Source: a virus (Duplodnaviria; Caudoviricetes). From it: 50,407 nt of DNA. This document shows positions 1 through 10,294 of the stretch, piece after piece. The translations under genes were made by a program, and so were the position numbers. The stretch lies in IMG/VR virus record IMGVR_UViG_3300012988_000008, positions 1 through 50,407 of that record. One strand, written 5' to 3'. A model generated the notes under the pieces. The model was given only the letters and a program-made list of their open reading frames with translations, had not been told where the DNA came from and ran no database searches. The first letter of the stretch is position 1, and the number at the start of each line of letters is the position of its first letter.

Positions 1-123
1 AATTCTTGGAGAACTTCGGGCGGAAGAACCGAATTGAGACCGCCAGCCGCAAAGATTTCATTTACAGCACCAGCGCCAAAGACTTCGACAAGCCCAGTGT
101 ACGTCTTCATCGAATCCATGGCC
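1..123. repeat. Terminal direct repeat identical to 50285-50407 (circular assembly overlap)
   Basis: Exact 123-bp match at both ends, lying inside a CDS whose frame continues across the join. Confidence 0.97.
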
Positions 124-1277
124 GACATCTTCAAGTTCAGTTGAAGACTTTCAATCGACCTTTTACGAACAGCAAACGTCGAAGCGTCCCCCGTCAACAT
201 ATTGTCAATCATCTTAATCTTGTCGTCGCGGTCCCGCTCAAGGTTTTGAATAGTGTCTTGGGGGGCCGACGCCGAACGTGCTTCTGAAATCAGATTGGCG
301 TAGATTTGATTGATTGATTGTTGTGCGACGGGGATAAGACGATCAAGACTTTGAATATTACCTTGACTGTCCGTGAAACCGGCAGAGCTAATACGAGACG
401 TAAGACCATTCCACAGCGGAGTGATAATAGTGTCCGCCTTGGCTAAGTACGTATTGTTGAACTCGCGGTCCAGTTCTTTCTGATCAAACTCCGACTGAGT
501 ACGACCTTCAGCTGTTAAGGCTTGGTTCTCAATCCTAAGGCGGGTGTTCTCAGCTATCTGTGCGTTCTTAGCCAAGATACGTTGACCGATGACAGCAGCT
601 TCGTTGGGATCAGTCCCTGGAAGAACCGCACCAGCGTCGACAGCAGCCTTGACGTTAGTCTGAAACATATCCGTCTCAGCCTTGAGCTGAGCATCGAAGA
701 CTGCTTCTCCGGCTTCAGCTTCGCGGAACAGCCAATGGTCCAATCCGGCGTCTTTAAGTGTCTTATAGATGACGTCTTGACGGTCCGGGTACTTTGCACG
801 AAGATCAGCCAGAGCGGCTTCAATTCGGATACCACTCGAGCCTTGGGGGGCCCGTCCTTGGTTTTCCGCAGACTGTGCCCGCTGTAGTTGAGTAACAGTT
901 CGAGTTACGTCCGGCGGCAGAGGTGCGCCTTCAAGTTCCGAATCGACTGGAACGGGAAGGTTGTCATCCAGAGCTACAGGAATACTGGGAAGTTCCGGTT
1001 GGGCCACACGAGGCCCTGTTTGAAAGTTTCCGCTTCTTGCGTCAAGAACAAACTTAGCTGCGTCGGATTCTGCTTGTTGGTTTGCAGCAGTCCGGGCGTC
1101 AGCAGCTTGTTGTCGACTGGCGGCCTGTGCTCGCCTAAAGTTGTCCGAACCTTGACTGACCAAGTTGGTACCGAAGTTAGCAAGACCTTCAAGGAAAGTC
1201 GGACCCTTGTTATTTTGAGGGTCAATGATACGACGGCTAGACGACGCCAGATCAAGTTGTTGAGTGAAACTAGCCAC
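1..1277 (-). CDS. N-terminal part of ~871-aa internal virion (ejection) protein; continues at 50284 down to 48946
   Basis: GTG at 1277 abuts the upstream stop; reads MASFTQQLDL... and joins in frame to MDSMKTY (119 = 50403); missed by the ORF track. Confidence 0.85.
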   Translation of the reverse strand, partial: MASFTQQLDLASSSRRIIDPQNNKGPTFLEGLANFGTNLVSQGSDNFRRAQAASRQQAADARTAANQQAESDAAKFVLDARSGNFQTGPRVAQPELPSIPVALDDNLPVPVDSELEGAPLPPDVTRTVTQLQRAQSAENQGRAPQGSSGIRIEAALADLRAKYPDRQDVIYKTLKDAGLDHWLFREAEAGEAVFDAQLKAETDMFQTNVKAAVDAGAVLPGTDPNEAAVIGQRILAKNAQIAENTRLRIENQALTAEGRTQSEFDQKELDREFNNTYLAKADTIITPLWNGLTSRISSAGFTDSQGNIQSLDRLIPVAQQSINQIYANLISEARSASAPQDTIQNLERDRDDKIKMIDNMLTGDASTFAVRKRSIESLQLNLKMSAMDSMKTYTGLVEVFGAGAVNEIFAAGGLNSVLPPEVLQE

Positions 1278-4200
1278 TTACTGAATTTTCTCCATAAAGT
1301 CTTGCTGTTGCCGTTGTTTGTTACGGCGATTGGCGTACGAGTCGTACAGAGACGGATCGACTTGATCGTGAGTTCGAGCAAGGGCTGACTTACGAATATC
1401 AGGTTCAAGCATATTGACAAAGAGACTAATCTCTTCCGACAATTCTTGAGTCCGCTCGGGATGGTTTAACATTTCTTGTCGATACTGTGTGATCACCTTA
1501 GACGCCTCTTCGACGACTTTAGTCCGATCCTTATTAAAGTCCGACATAGCCGAAAGATCATCCATAGCTCCCGGTTGAGCGCCCCATAAAAGGACGGCCC
1601 AAGCGGATGCAGGCGGGAGGTTTCCGACTTGAATGTTACCATTGCCCGATTTCAAGTAGCCGTACTGTTGAATGGTATACCACTTAAGAACATTGGACAC
1701 AGACGAAATATTCTTAGCGAGGCTTGCAAAAGCCCGTTCAGTCATCGGCTGTCCTGTGTCTGCACCTGATTCAGCAGACATGTACTTAAGCACTGGGCCA
1801 ATGTCATCCATGACGTCCTTAGAAATGGACCAAGTGGCGCCACCAAGAACGTCCATCGGGCTTACCTCCCCGTACTTATTCTTGCCGAAGAGGTTTCCGA
1901 CAGTGTCGCCCAACCAACCACCAGTACCGAGGCGATCCGAAATCATCATGTCCGAACCGTCGGTAATGTTGTACCAAAGGTTGTCCATGAAGCCACGGTC
2001 TATCCAGCCCAGTGGAGTATTAAGGTCAGGGGCTTCTCCGTTCTTTCCTTTGATGTAATCCGACACCACAGGGGCGAGAGGAATACCAGCAGAGCCGTAC
2101 ATAAAGGCTTGACCTAAGATCAGCCTCCAAGCTTCGGCACGAGTAAAGCGTCCCTTACCAGTGAAACCGCCGAGCATCGCTTCAAGCATACGTGCTTGAT
2201 ACGCAAAGAACTGCGTCGGAAGTGAAGCTAGTCCCTGCTGCCACCAAGCCTGTGAAGTACGAGACATGGAAAAGGCAAGGTCTTCTGCACGACCAGCAAC
2301 CGCATTAAGGAAAGCGTCTTCATTGATTTTATTAAAATCCGTTTCCAAAGACATCTTACGCCAAGCCGAACGATACGCCACAGCACGGTTAAACATTTCA
2401 CCTTCGTTGAAGAAGAAACGACCCGCTTGACGGAACTCGTCTAGCTTAGACCCAGTGACATTAAAGACAGACTTAGAACCCATAGCATTAATCATTGTAT
2501 GGGAATCGTTTAAGTCAAAGAAACCCGACTTAGACGCATGAGTAAAGTACGCCTTCATTTCTTCGGCGCTGTCAAATCCGTAAGCTTTAAACGACTTACT
2601 AAAGTTTTCGAGAAGCGCCGACTTGTCCCCTTTAAAAGCCATAAAAGCCCGAAGCGGAACAACTGACTGAAGGCCTCGGATTGCACCGGCACCGTCAATC
2701 GAATGAATAGCAAAGTACGTGTTAGCCTGCAAGAATAACTGTACAGGATTAAACATACCAAGTTTAAGATCGAAGGCCCATCCGCGAAGGAAGCCGACGG
2801 GGTTCTTGTCTTCCATGAAGTTTAGAACTGCACGACTTGCTCCGTGACGAAGACTGTTGGGGTCGGTACCCATCATCCATTCGGCAATACCGCGTTGGAA
2901 TTCTGCCGCCCTTAAGTCACCTTCGGTTTGCCAGCCAAGATTACGTTTAATAATTTCACGTTGATCTTCGAAAGCATTAAGAACATTGTGTTGCTTAGCC
3001 AGCGCGTTCGGCTTACCATTAAGCAGTGCTTGCATGGGGGTTCGAATACTCGGGTTTGGCTCAATATACTCTTGGAACGACTTAAACCAACGTTCTGCTG
3101 CACTAATCTTATAGTCAGAGAAACTGGCCAGATTAGCGATATTAAGGAAAGCCTTATTAGTAGAGGCCCAAGCATCCAGTGTGGGGGCTTGTTCTCCGTG
3201 CCAATCGACAAGGCCTTTAGTATTCTTTTGACTATAGTACAGACGACCGTGCGTACGTGCGTACTGGGTAAAACCGTCTTCAGTGTCGTCTCCCACAAAA
3301 GGGTTCAGACCACGATGATATGGCTCAGGCATTTCACGGTCAAAGTACGTAGCAAATGCTTCGTCAGTCCGATAGTTGCCGGTCTGGACTCCGTCTAAGA
3401 ACTGTTGACCAGTCGGATACCCCGGACGCCCTGCGACAATGTCGTCTAGCGCTTCTGCGGAAATATTGGGATTATCTCGAACAGCGACCCGCATACGGTC
3501 CATAGTCTTAGTCCATTCGTCCACTTGGGCCTTAGTGCCGACCATGTACGTATTGGGAGACTTAAGGAACTTTTTACCGTCCGGTTGAGTGCCCCAGTTG
3601 GTTTGCTTGGCAAAGTACTTATCTTGATAAATGCGGTGACCGCCGGGACGATACTGAAGCTGTTGGCGCTCAAGAGCAGACCGTTGAAGGTCTGTACGAC
3701 GAACAAAGACAGTGTTTACTTCTGATCCGTCGACCAAGAACTTATGGGCGTCGTCTAATTGAACTGAGACAAAACCATTGTTCTTAAACCAATCGACTTG
3801 TTCCGGAGTAAGAGCTTCGTCAAAGATTGTCCCGTCAGACGCATTTACACCACGTCCTTTGAGGCCCTTGGTGAACCCCTCGTCGATAAGGGCATTGGCA
3901 TTAGTAATAGTGCCACCAGGACCTAAGTCGACGGTAACAGTTTCTGTTCCGCGAAGAACTTTATCTTTCCACATAATATCGTTACGAATAACGTATTCGA
4001 CGTCATTGATCTTACGAAGACCGTTGTACGCCTTCCACTCGGCCTCAGAGACGTCACGACCGAAGGTACGTTGATAAAGCATATTAGCTTCGTCTAACGA
4101 CCACCATTTGCCTTGATTGTCTCCGGCTTGCCATAGTTGCGAAATACGTTCACGGCTTGCAGGGTCGACTTTAACGTCTTTGTATAAATCCCGAAGTACG

Positions 4201-5870
4201 GTATTAATAATCCGGTTACGAGTCATGTCCGATCTAGTGGCCTGATTAGCCAACATCGGATCAGAACGTTCACGAGCACCAGACAAGAACCGTTTAATAA
4301 TTGAGTTTGTCTGAACATTAAGAACGTTTGTGTACGTACCCGTCTCAGGCATGTTTCGTTCTAGTTTGACGAACCAACCACCGTCTTCGGCTTGAACAAC
4401 CCTCGCATCACTAAAACCTAAACCGTTAGCGTAATTCCGGGCCGAAGATTCGCGAGCGTAACCCGTTCCGTCGACTCGACCAATTGTGAATTCGACTGAA
4501 GTAGTCCGGCTGCCGTCTGCGAGTTTAGTCCGCTTTTCTGCGACGTCAGCAATACGGCTATCAAACCTAGCGGATTCGTCGTCAATAAACTTGGTCAAAG
4601 CCTTTTGATATTCAGTTTCGTCTGCGTACCGTCCCGGTTGAAGCCAGTCAGGAAGACGATCACGAAGTCCTCGGGCCTTGTCTAGAATATCGTTAGCGAT
4701 TGCTTGGGGACTAACGACGTACGGCGTTCCCGTCGAACGGATTACCGTAGTCGACAGACCATCAACAACTTCATTTGCAGAGTTCATACCCGCGCGAACG
4801 ACTGCTTCTTCAGTACCATTCTTAGCCAATTCAGCGGCGGCTTGGGCCATAGCAGCACCAGACGTACGTCGACCACCCATACGAAGCGCAAGGGCGGGGA
4901 GGGACGTAGCAATCTTAGCACCACGGGTTACTGGGGCTGCAAGGATACCTGCATTGTCAAGAAGATTGTAAAGATTAGTCTGAACAGGATCAGTCGTTTC
5001 TTTCAGATTCGTAAGAATGTCGAGTTGAGCAGAACGAGACGTGTAGCCCAGCAAGTCGGTATTCTTTTGAATATTTGGTAACAACTGTTCTCTGACGTAC
5101 ACAGCAAAATCTTCGGGGGCCATGTTCCAAAGAGACGCTGCTTCTGATCGACGGCGCGTACCCGCGAAGACTTGAGAAGTGGCGTTACTGAACCAATTTT
5201 TAAATTCACGATCCACGTCTACGTTACCTGTCATGCCCATAGAACCTTTAAGTGGAACCATAGACAAAACAAAGTCAGCCGCATGACGAACAAACCCTTG
5301 CTGTTCGACGGCGAATTGGGCACGATCAATTTCACGTTGAAGGATCATGTACTTTGTGTTCATGTCCCGGATTTGATCTATGGGGCTTCCCATTTCCATC
5401 AAGTTCAGTAAAGTGCGGGCTTGTTCAGGGTCCCGGGCCGCTACGTCGGTAACTCGATCGATAGCTTCTCGTTCAAGCGCCGCTTCAGCCCGACGTTCAA
5501 TGTCTGCTTGAATTTCTTGTTCGAGTGCAAGAGACGCTCCTCGTTGCAATTCGCCGGTAGGGTCAGTCCTGCGATCCGACGCTGCGAGTTCTTCTAGGCC
5601 TTTAATAGAACGTTGTTGACGGCGCGTGGCGGCTTCGACTCTTGCCTGATGTTCGCCGTACTGTGCAATCGACTTTTCGTAGGTCTGTTGAAGAGTTTGA
5701 AACTCGTCGAACAAGGGATCGGCATCAGGATCAACGTTTGCCATTGCAGCAACTTGAGCCTGACGGAACTGCGCTAACGAATTAGTCGGTGCTTCTGCTC
5801 GATTGACATTCTCAGGAACGTCAGAGAAGGGTCCCGGCTGACCTTCTAAGCCAGCGAATAGATTAGCCAT
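1278..5870 (-). CDS. Large internal virion / DNA ejection protein (1530 aa)
   Basis: Size and position after tail tubular and small ejection genes, as in T7-like podoviruses. Confidence 0.75.
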   Translation of the reverse strand: MANLFAGLEGQPGPFSDVPENVNRAEAPTNSLAQFRQAQVAAMANVDPDADPLFDEFQTLQQTYEKSIAQYGEHQARVEAATRRQQRSIKGLEELAASDRRTDPTGELQRGASLALEQEIQADIERRAEAALEREAIDRVTDVAARDPEQARTLLNLMEMGSPIDQIRDMNTKYMILQREIDRAQFAVEQQGFVRHAADFVLSMVPLKGSMGMTGNVDVDREFKNWFSNATSQVFAGTRRRSEAASLWNMAPEDFAVYVREQLLPNIQKNTDLLGYTSRSAQLDILTNLKETTDPVQTNLYNLLDNAGILAAPVTRGAKIATSLPALALRMGGRRTSGAAMAQAAAELAKNGTEEAVVRAGMNSANEVVDGLSTTVIRSTGTPYVVSPQAIANDILDKARGLRDRLPDWLQPGRYADETEYQKALTKFIDDESARFDSRIADVAEKRTKLADGSRTTSVEFTIGRVDGTGYARESSARNYANGLGFSDARVVQAEDGGWFVKLERNMPETGTYTNVLNVQTNSIIKRFLSGARERSDPMLANQATRSDMTRNRIINTVLRDLYKDVKVDPASRERISQLWQAGDNQGKWWSLDEANMLYQRTFGRDVSEAEWKAYNGLRKINDVEYVIRNDIMWKDKVLRGTETVTVDLGPGGTITNANALIDEGFTKGLKGRGVNASDGTIFDEALTPEQVDWFKNNGFVSVQLDDAHKFLVDGSEVNTVFVRRTDLQRSALERQQLQYRPGGHRIYQDKYFAKQTNWGTQPDGKKFLKSPNTYMVGTKAQVDEWTKTMDRMRVAVRDNPNISAEALDDIVAGRPGYPTGQQFLDGVQTGNYRTDEAFATYFDREMPEPYHRGLNPFVGDDTEDGFTQYARTHGRLYYSQKNTKGLVDWHGEQAPTLDAWASTNKAFLNIANLASFSDYKISAAERWFKSFQEYIEPNPSIRTPMQALLNGKPNALAKQHNVLNAFEDQREIIKRNLGWQTEGDLRAAEFQRGIAEWMMGTDPNSLRHGASRAVLNFMEDKNPVGFLRGWAFDLKLGMFNPVQLFLQANTYFAIHSIDGAGAIRGLQSVVPLRAFMAFKGDKSALLENFSKSFKAYGFDSAEEMKAYFTHASKSGFFDLNDSHTMINAMGSKSVFNVTGSKLDEFRQAGRFFFNEGEMFNRAVAYRSAWRKMSLETDFNKINEDAFLNAVAGRAEDLAFSMSRTSQAWWQQGLASLPTQFFAYQARMLEAMLGGFTGKGRFTRAEAWRLILGQAFMYGSAGIPLAPVVSDYIKGKNGEAPDLNTPLGWIDRGFMDNLWYNITDGSDMMISDRLGTGGWLGDTVGNLFGKNKYGEVSPMDVLGGATWSISKDVMDDIGPVLKYMSAESGADTGQPMTERAFASLAKNISSVSNVLKWYTIQQYGYLKSGNGNIQVGNLPPASAWAVLLWGAQPGAMDDLSAMSDFNKDRTKVVEEASKVITQYRQEMLNHPERTQELSEEISLFVNMLEPDIRKSALARTHDQVDPSLYDSYANRRNKQRQQQDFMEKIQ

Positions 5871-5873
5871 TAA

Positions 5874-6335
5874 TTATCCTCTAGGGGTAGACGCCATGTC
5901 TCCAAGCGTCTGTGCATTACCAAAGACTTGCCATGCAAGATTGCCGACAGCATTCCACGTCTGTGCTTTTTGTTGGAACTTATTGGCGTATCCGATTTGC
6001 TGGGACGCCTGATCCGTTAGTGTATTGAACCTGTCAAGGAACGAAAGATTAGAATTGCTTTGACTAATAATTGATCCTTGAGCCCCTTGAGCACCTGAAG
6101 TACTTCCGGCACCTTGGTTTGTAGCAGCCATCTGTGACTGTGCAAATGCCAGACGACTTGCTCGAACAGCTTCACGACGTTCACGAGCTGACTGAAGATT
6201 CATCCGTTGGCGGTCTAGGGCCGCTGCTTGTTGTGACGCCTTGGCTGCTTTATTAGAAGCATTAATATTTGCGACTGTCGAACCGGCAGCCACGCCAAGG
6301 GCTGCGCCTGCAATAATTGTACTTACGGCAGCCAT
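5874..6335 (-). CDS. Small internal virion / ejection protein
   Basis: Hydrophobic Ala/Gly N-terminus, Ala/Gln-rich body, synteny. Confidence 0.65.
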   Translation of the reverse strand: MAAVSTIIAGAALGVAAGSTVANINASNKAAKASQQAAALDRQRMNLQSARERREAVRASRLAFAQSQMAATNQGAGSTSGAQGAQGSIISQSNSNLSFLDRFNTLTDQASQQIGYANKFQQKAQTWNAVGNLAWQVFGNAQTLGDMASTPRG

Positions 6336-6751
6336 TAGGTTAGACCTTTAACATAAGAGACTTCGAGAGGTCGATATCCATCTTCGACTAGAAGATTTCC
6401 GAGGTTTTCAGCATAGTCGTTGGCAAGGGTGGCGAAGACAGAAGTAATAGCCCCCGAGTCCCGCCCCCAGTCTTCGAATGCCTTTTTCAATTCTGCGCCG
6501 TTACCGTCTGGACAGTACCAGACCAACTCAGCGGCGAGACAGACATTTTTATTGAAGACTAGGGGCGTCAACATGCCAGCGACAAAGCCTTCGTCATTGT
6601 AGAAGACCCCACCGTTGGCGATTAGTTGTTCAAGATTTTCGACTACCGTATCTACATCAAAAGGTACATGTTGATAAACAGAAGTCGAATGGAACTCGGC
6701 AGCCTTGTCTAACAGGAAACCGATGTCAGCTTGTGTGGCTTGCTTTACCAT
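6335..6751 (-). CDS. GNAT-like protein of the tail module
   Basis: QATQADI start, AAELVWY, C-terminal GY..E.SY.K; usual position after tail tubular B. Confidence 0.6.
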   Translation of the reverse strand: MVKQATQADIGFLLDKAAEFHSTSVYQHVPFDVDTVVENLEQLIANGGVFYNDEGFVAGMLTPLVFNKNVCLAAELVWYCPDGNGAELKKAFEDWGRDSGAITSVFATLANDYAENLGNLLVEDGYRPLEVSYVKGLT

Positions 6752-8949
6752 TAAATTAAAACCGTTCCTGTGTAAGAGACCGCCCAGCCAATGAGATCGA
6801 AGTCATAACCGATCTTATCATTTTCAAGACGGAACTGAATAGCTCGTCCCTGCCCACGAACTTTGTGTTTAGTCTGGACGAGGGGGAAACCAGTATCGAA
6901 GTCTAAATTACTTTCATCGAACATGGGCAAACGAGTGTGGCGATAAGCTTCAAACTTGGTAGAAAACTTACCGGACGCTTGGCTGTTGGCCCAATTCCAT
7001 TTAACTTGGAAAAGGCAACTAGACGGTTTGTCGACCGTGTAGTCTCCGTTGTCTGGTACGAATGTCTCTTCTGTCCGCCTAAAATACGTATAGACCCAAG
7101 GGGTTGCCTTCTTACGCATGGCGTCGTCTAGAAGTTCGTATCCAGTTTCAACAAACGACATGTACTTAACGCCCACGCCGTCCGACAACCTCCAGTCTGC
7201 AAAGTTATTGTTGTAGAAATAACCCCAACCTAAACGGCTAAACTCATTGGGTTCAGGCGCATTAAACGCGTACTTTGTGAACGACTCAGGAATTTGCGGG
7301 TGGTCTACTTTTTGAAGAGACGTACTAAGGACGGCCCCGCTTAAATGATAACCCCCTGTAACGTCGACCGACCAAGGATAAAAGGCCTGAAGGTTTAAAT
7401 CGAGATTAAGAATTCGATTGTAGCCGTACAACGGAAGGGTTTCGTCGTCTGCGTACAACCATTGAATAGTGTTGGTCGCAGGATCGTAGATACCCTTTGC
7501 GTACTGCTTTCGTCCTTCAGGGATATTGTTATTATAAAAAGACTGTATACTTTCTTCTGAAATATTCACCCTGTCAAAGACACCTTCGACCGGACCAAAC
7601 TGTCCAATCTTAGGAGACATCGCCATGATGCCGACTGACGACCACCAGTAGATTTGATTTTCTGCTTCTACGACGGCCCCACGGCTATTACAGCCGACAG
7701 GATTAATCTTAGAAATAGACATGTCTGACGCACTGAAACCAGACGCAGTTCCAGAGACCGACCAAATACCATTGGTTCCGAAGACTACAATAGCGTCTCC
7801 TAGGGGGACCAGCTTCAGACCCTCAGACATTTCTGGGATGGGGATATGCCCACCATCGGTCGGAAGAAGGTCGCTGATGTCTTCAGCGGTGGGATCAGCC
7901 TCTTGATAGCAGAGCCCCGCCTTTCCTTTAGCGTCTAATAGTTGGCTAAAGTAAACATTAGAGCCAGACAAATACCAGACACGACCACTAAAGAAGGCCG
8001 TAGACACGGGCCGATCAGTTGTAGCAACAACGGGAATCCCGACAATACCCGACACAGCCGATCTGTCAATGTAAAAGGCGTCTACGACATAATGGCCGCG
8101 AGGGGCCCTCATGTTACCGGAGTATACCGTTTTGAGAAGATCGGGCTTAAAGGTATTATCTGTAGCGTCTCGGGCCACCCACCACTGTTTGTTATTGGGC
8201 GGGTATCTTCCGACTTCAGTGAAGTACTGAGTAATCGGCGACGACGAAGGGCCTTTGTAGACACCGGAATTACCGAACGAATCAAAGTACTGTACTGTAG
8301 TGCCCGTACCGTCGTTTTCTGGATTTAACCAACCCTGATTCTTCAGGTTATAGTGGTGAGCATTAGAAAGAGTCGTGGGTTCTGCGTCATTTGCTAATCC
8401 GTCAGCGACACCTTGGAAGTCTCGGATTTGAATATAGATTCGTTGAACGACAATAGTGTCTGAGTCTGGAAGGTATTCAATAACCAGCGGTTCAATGTTA
8501 GCCCCGACGACAAAAAGAAATCCGTTGCCAGTAGACGCTTCGACTTCTACCCTAGACGTGTCTAATTTATTAGGTGCAAGATACGAATTTAAATCAACAC
8601 TAAACGATTTACGTCCATCAGACAGTGTTTCGAAAGACTGATCATAAAAAGATAAAGTGCTTCCGACTTGCTGTACGACGTAATTCTTGTCTGACCGCTT
8701 AGCTGCCGAGTCCCAGCGGAACTCTTTGATGGCATCACCCGCTGTCGTAATCGTCGAACGGAGAGTCGGGTGTAAAACACCAGAAGGCTCCATGTCGAAA
8801 CCTAGACGTCTTGTTCGATTACCCTTTTTAAAGATGACACAGTTGTCTTCAGCAATACTAGAATTTTCGGGGTACGTCAACTCGGAAGCCTCGGTAATAA
8901 GGCCCCGAGTGAAGTTCCGATAAATCTTGTTTGCTACTTGTCGGGCCAT
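6751..8949 (-). CDS. Tail tubular protein B (nozzle)
   Basis: 732 aa, N-terminal NFTRGLITE, beta-rich, follows tubular A. Confidence 0.75.
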   Translation of the reverse strand: MARQVANKIYRNFTRGLITEASELTYPENSSIAEDNCVIFKKGNRTRRLGFDMEPSGVLHPTLRSTITTAGDAIKEFRWDSAAKRSDKNYVVQQVGSTLSFYDQSFETLSDGRKSFSVDLNSYLAPNKLDTSRVEVEASTGNGFLFVVGANIEPLVIEYLPDSDTIVVQRIYIQIRDFQGVADGLANDAEPTTLSNAHHYNLKNQGWLNPENDGTGTTVQYFDSFGNSGVYKGPSSSPITQYFTEVGRYPPNNKQWWVARDATDNTFKPDLLKTVYSGNMRAPRGHYVVDAFYIDRSAVSGIVGIPVVATTDRPVSTAFFSGRVWYLSGSNVYFSQLLDAKGKAGLCYQEADPTAEDISDLLPTDGGHIPIPEMSEGLKLVPLGDAIVVFGTNGIWSVSGTASGFSASDMSISKINPVGCNSRGAVVEAENQIYWWSSVGIMAMSPKIGQFGPVEGVFDRVNISEESIQSFYNNNIPEGRKQYAKGIYDPATNTIQWLYADDETLPLYGYNRILNLDLNLQAFYPWSVDVTGGYHLSGAVLSTSLQKVDHPQIPESFTKYAFNAPEPNEFSRLGWGYFYNNNFADWRLSDGVGVKYMSFVETGYELLDDAMRKKATPWVYTYFRRTEETFVPDNGDYTVDKPSSCLFQVKWNWANSQASGKFSTKFEAYRHTRLPMFDESNLDFDTGFPLVQTKHKVRGQGRAIQFRLENDKIGYDFDLIGWAVSYTGTVLI

Positions 8950-9302
8950 ATCGCCTTTCCAAACTTGTCCGTAGACATAAGGTAATCAATTAAATCTAGT
9001 TCAGCAGTTCGACGAGACAGATAACGTCCTTTGAGCCGTTCTGGCATAGCGCCACCTTTATACGGTACGATAATCCAACCACCTTGTCCATCCAAACGGA
9101 GTTCGTACTCTTGTCGGCCCGCAGATACAAATTCTGCTGTGTCTCGGACTTTCTTACGGGCGTTAGGGTGGACGTGGGCCAGTTTATCAGCGACGCTTTC
9201 GGCTGTAGTCGACTTGTTCGAACGGTTGCCGCTGTCTGGCTTTCCAGAGGTGTTTTTGGAGTCGTACGCGTTGTCCGCGATTTCGACGTTCTTCGTTTGC
9301 AT
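8934..9302 (-). CDS. Hypothetical protein (start uncertain; overlaps upstream gene)
   Basis: Fills the gap between tubular A and B; the evident ATG is at 9302. Confidence 0.6.
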   Translation of the reverse strand: MQTKNVEIADNAYDSKNTSGKPDSGNRSNKSTTAESVADKLAHVHPNARKKVRDTAEFVSAGRQEYELRLDGQGGWIIVPYKGGAMPERLKGRYLSRRTAELDLIDYLMSTDKFGKAIWPDK

Positions 9303-9924
9303 TTGAGACGCCTTTATAATTTACAAAAGACATTCGTTTTGCTTCGGACAGAAGTAGCGGGAAGTGCGCCTCATCAATCGGAGCTACGAAATCATCATTA
9401 AGTTGGAATGCATTGGACTTCCGCGCCCAACACAATACTTTAGACTCTTGAAGAGTGCTGTCTAACGAGCTGTTGTAGCTGTCAAACAGAATGGTATTAT
9501 TATCGTACGTAGTCCAGTACCGAGGACCGTTGTTCGTAAACACATAAAAATTGTCGACCAACATTGACGGCTCGGACTGGGACATGTAAATCGTCGCATA
9601 TCGGAAGAACAGTTCAGGCTCTCTGAAACGTACTTCGACAAATTCAGGTGCTTCTAATGTACCGTGATTATAATGAATACTGTACACTTCGTCTACGTCT
9701 GACGGAATAGTCATTTGAGTAGGTCGATCTGGATCATTAGACGGGGCCAACGAAACTAACTTTCGTTCTGACGGCCAGTCATAATTGCTGAACAAATCTT
9801 CGTACGCTGTCCTGACTTCTTCGGCGACCTGCAAAGATTCGACAGTGTCTCCAATCGAATTAACCTCGTCGGATTCCATAGCAGCTAAGATGTTCTGTAC
9901 AATTTCAAGTAAGGTCATTTTCAT
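9187..9924 (-). CDS. Tail tubular protein A (adaptor)
   Basis: N-terminal TLLEIVQNIL..M..D.VNSI.DT.ES pattern of T7 gp11-like adaptors. Confidence 0.8.
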   Translation of the reverse strand: MKMTLLEIVQNILAAMESDEVNSIGDTVESLQVAEEVRTAYEDLFSNYDWPSERKLVSLAPSNDPDRPTQMTIPSDVDEVYSIHYNHGTLEAPEFVEVRFREPELFFRYATIYMSQSEPSMLVDNFYVFTNNGPRYWTTYDNNTILFDSYNSSLDSTLQESKVLCWARKSNAFQLNDDFVAPIDEAHFPLLLSEAKRMSFVNYKGVSNANEERRNRGQRVRLQKHLWKARQRQPFEQVDYSRKRR

Positions 9925-9925
9925 G

Positions 9926-10294
9926 TCAGAGACTCGTAGACTGTAAATCGATAGTAAATGTAGACGACGTAATGGCCGTGGCTGCGCTGTCAGTTACTTT
10001 AGACCGATAAGTAGCCGAAGTACTAAAAGGAATGCCGTCAGCAAACGCAGTAAATCGAGAGACGTTTGAAGTGGGGCTTTCAGGTAACACGGAGCTGTCC
10101 CCACTAACAAATTCCCAGGCATACGTGTAAGGAGGCACCCCGCCGACAACGGTAACACTGGACGGATTTGAAAGAACTAACCCGTACCCTGTACGACTTC
10201 CAGAAACATTGTTTGGCTGTTTAGTAAAGTAAAATGTCCCGGGAACGCCACCGCCTGAGTTTTTTGCAGAAACTGTAGAAGCAAAAGTACTCAC
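9926..10294 (-). CDS. Ig/PKD-like virion accessory protein
   Basis: GGVPPYTYAW and VTDS motifs; GTG start overlaps upstream TGA. Confidence 0.6.
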   Translation of the reverse strand: MSTFASTVSAKNSGGGVPGTFYFTKQPNNVSGSRTGYGLVLSNPSSVTVVGGVPPYTYAWEFVSGDSSVLPESPTSNVSRFTAFADGIPFSTSATYRSKVTDSAATAITSSTFTIDLQSTSL

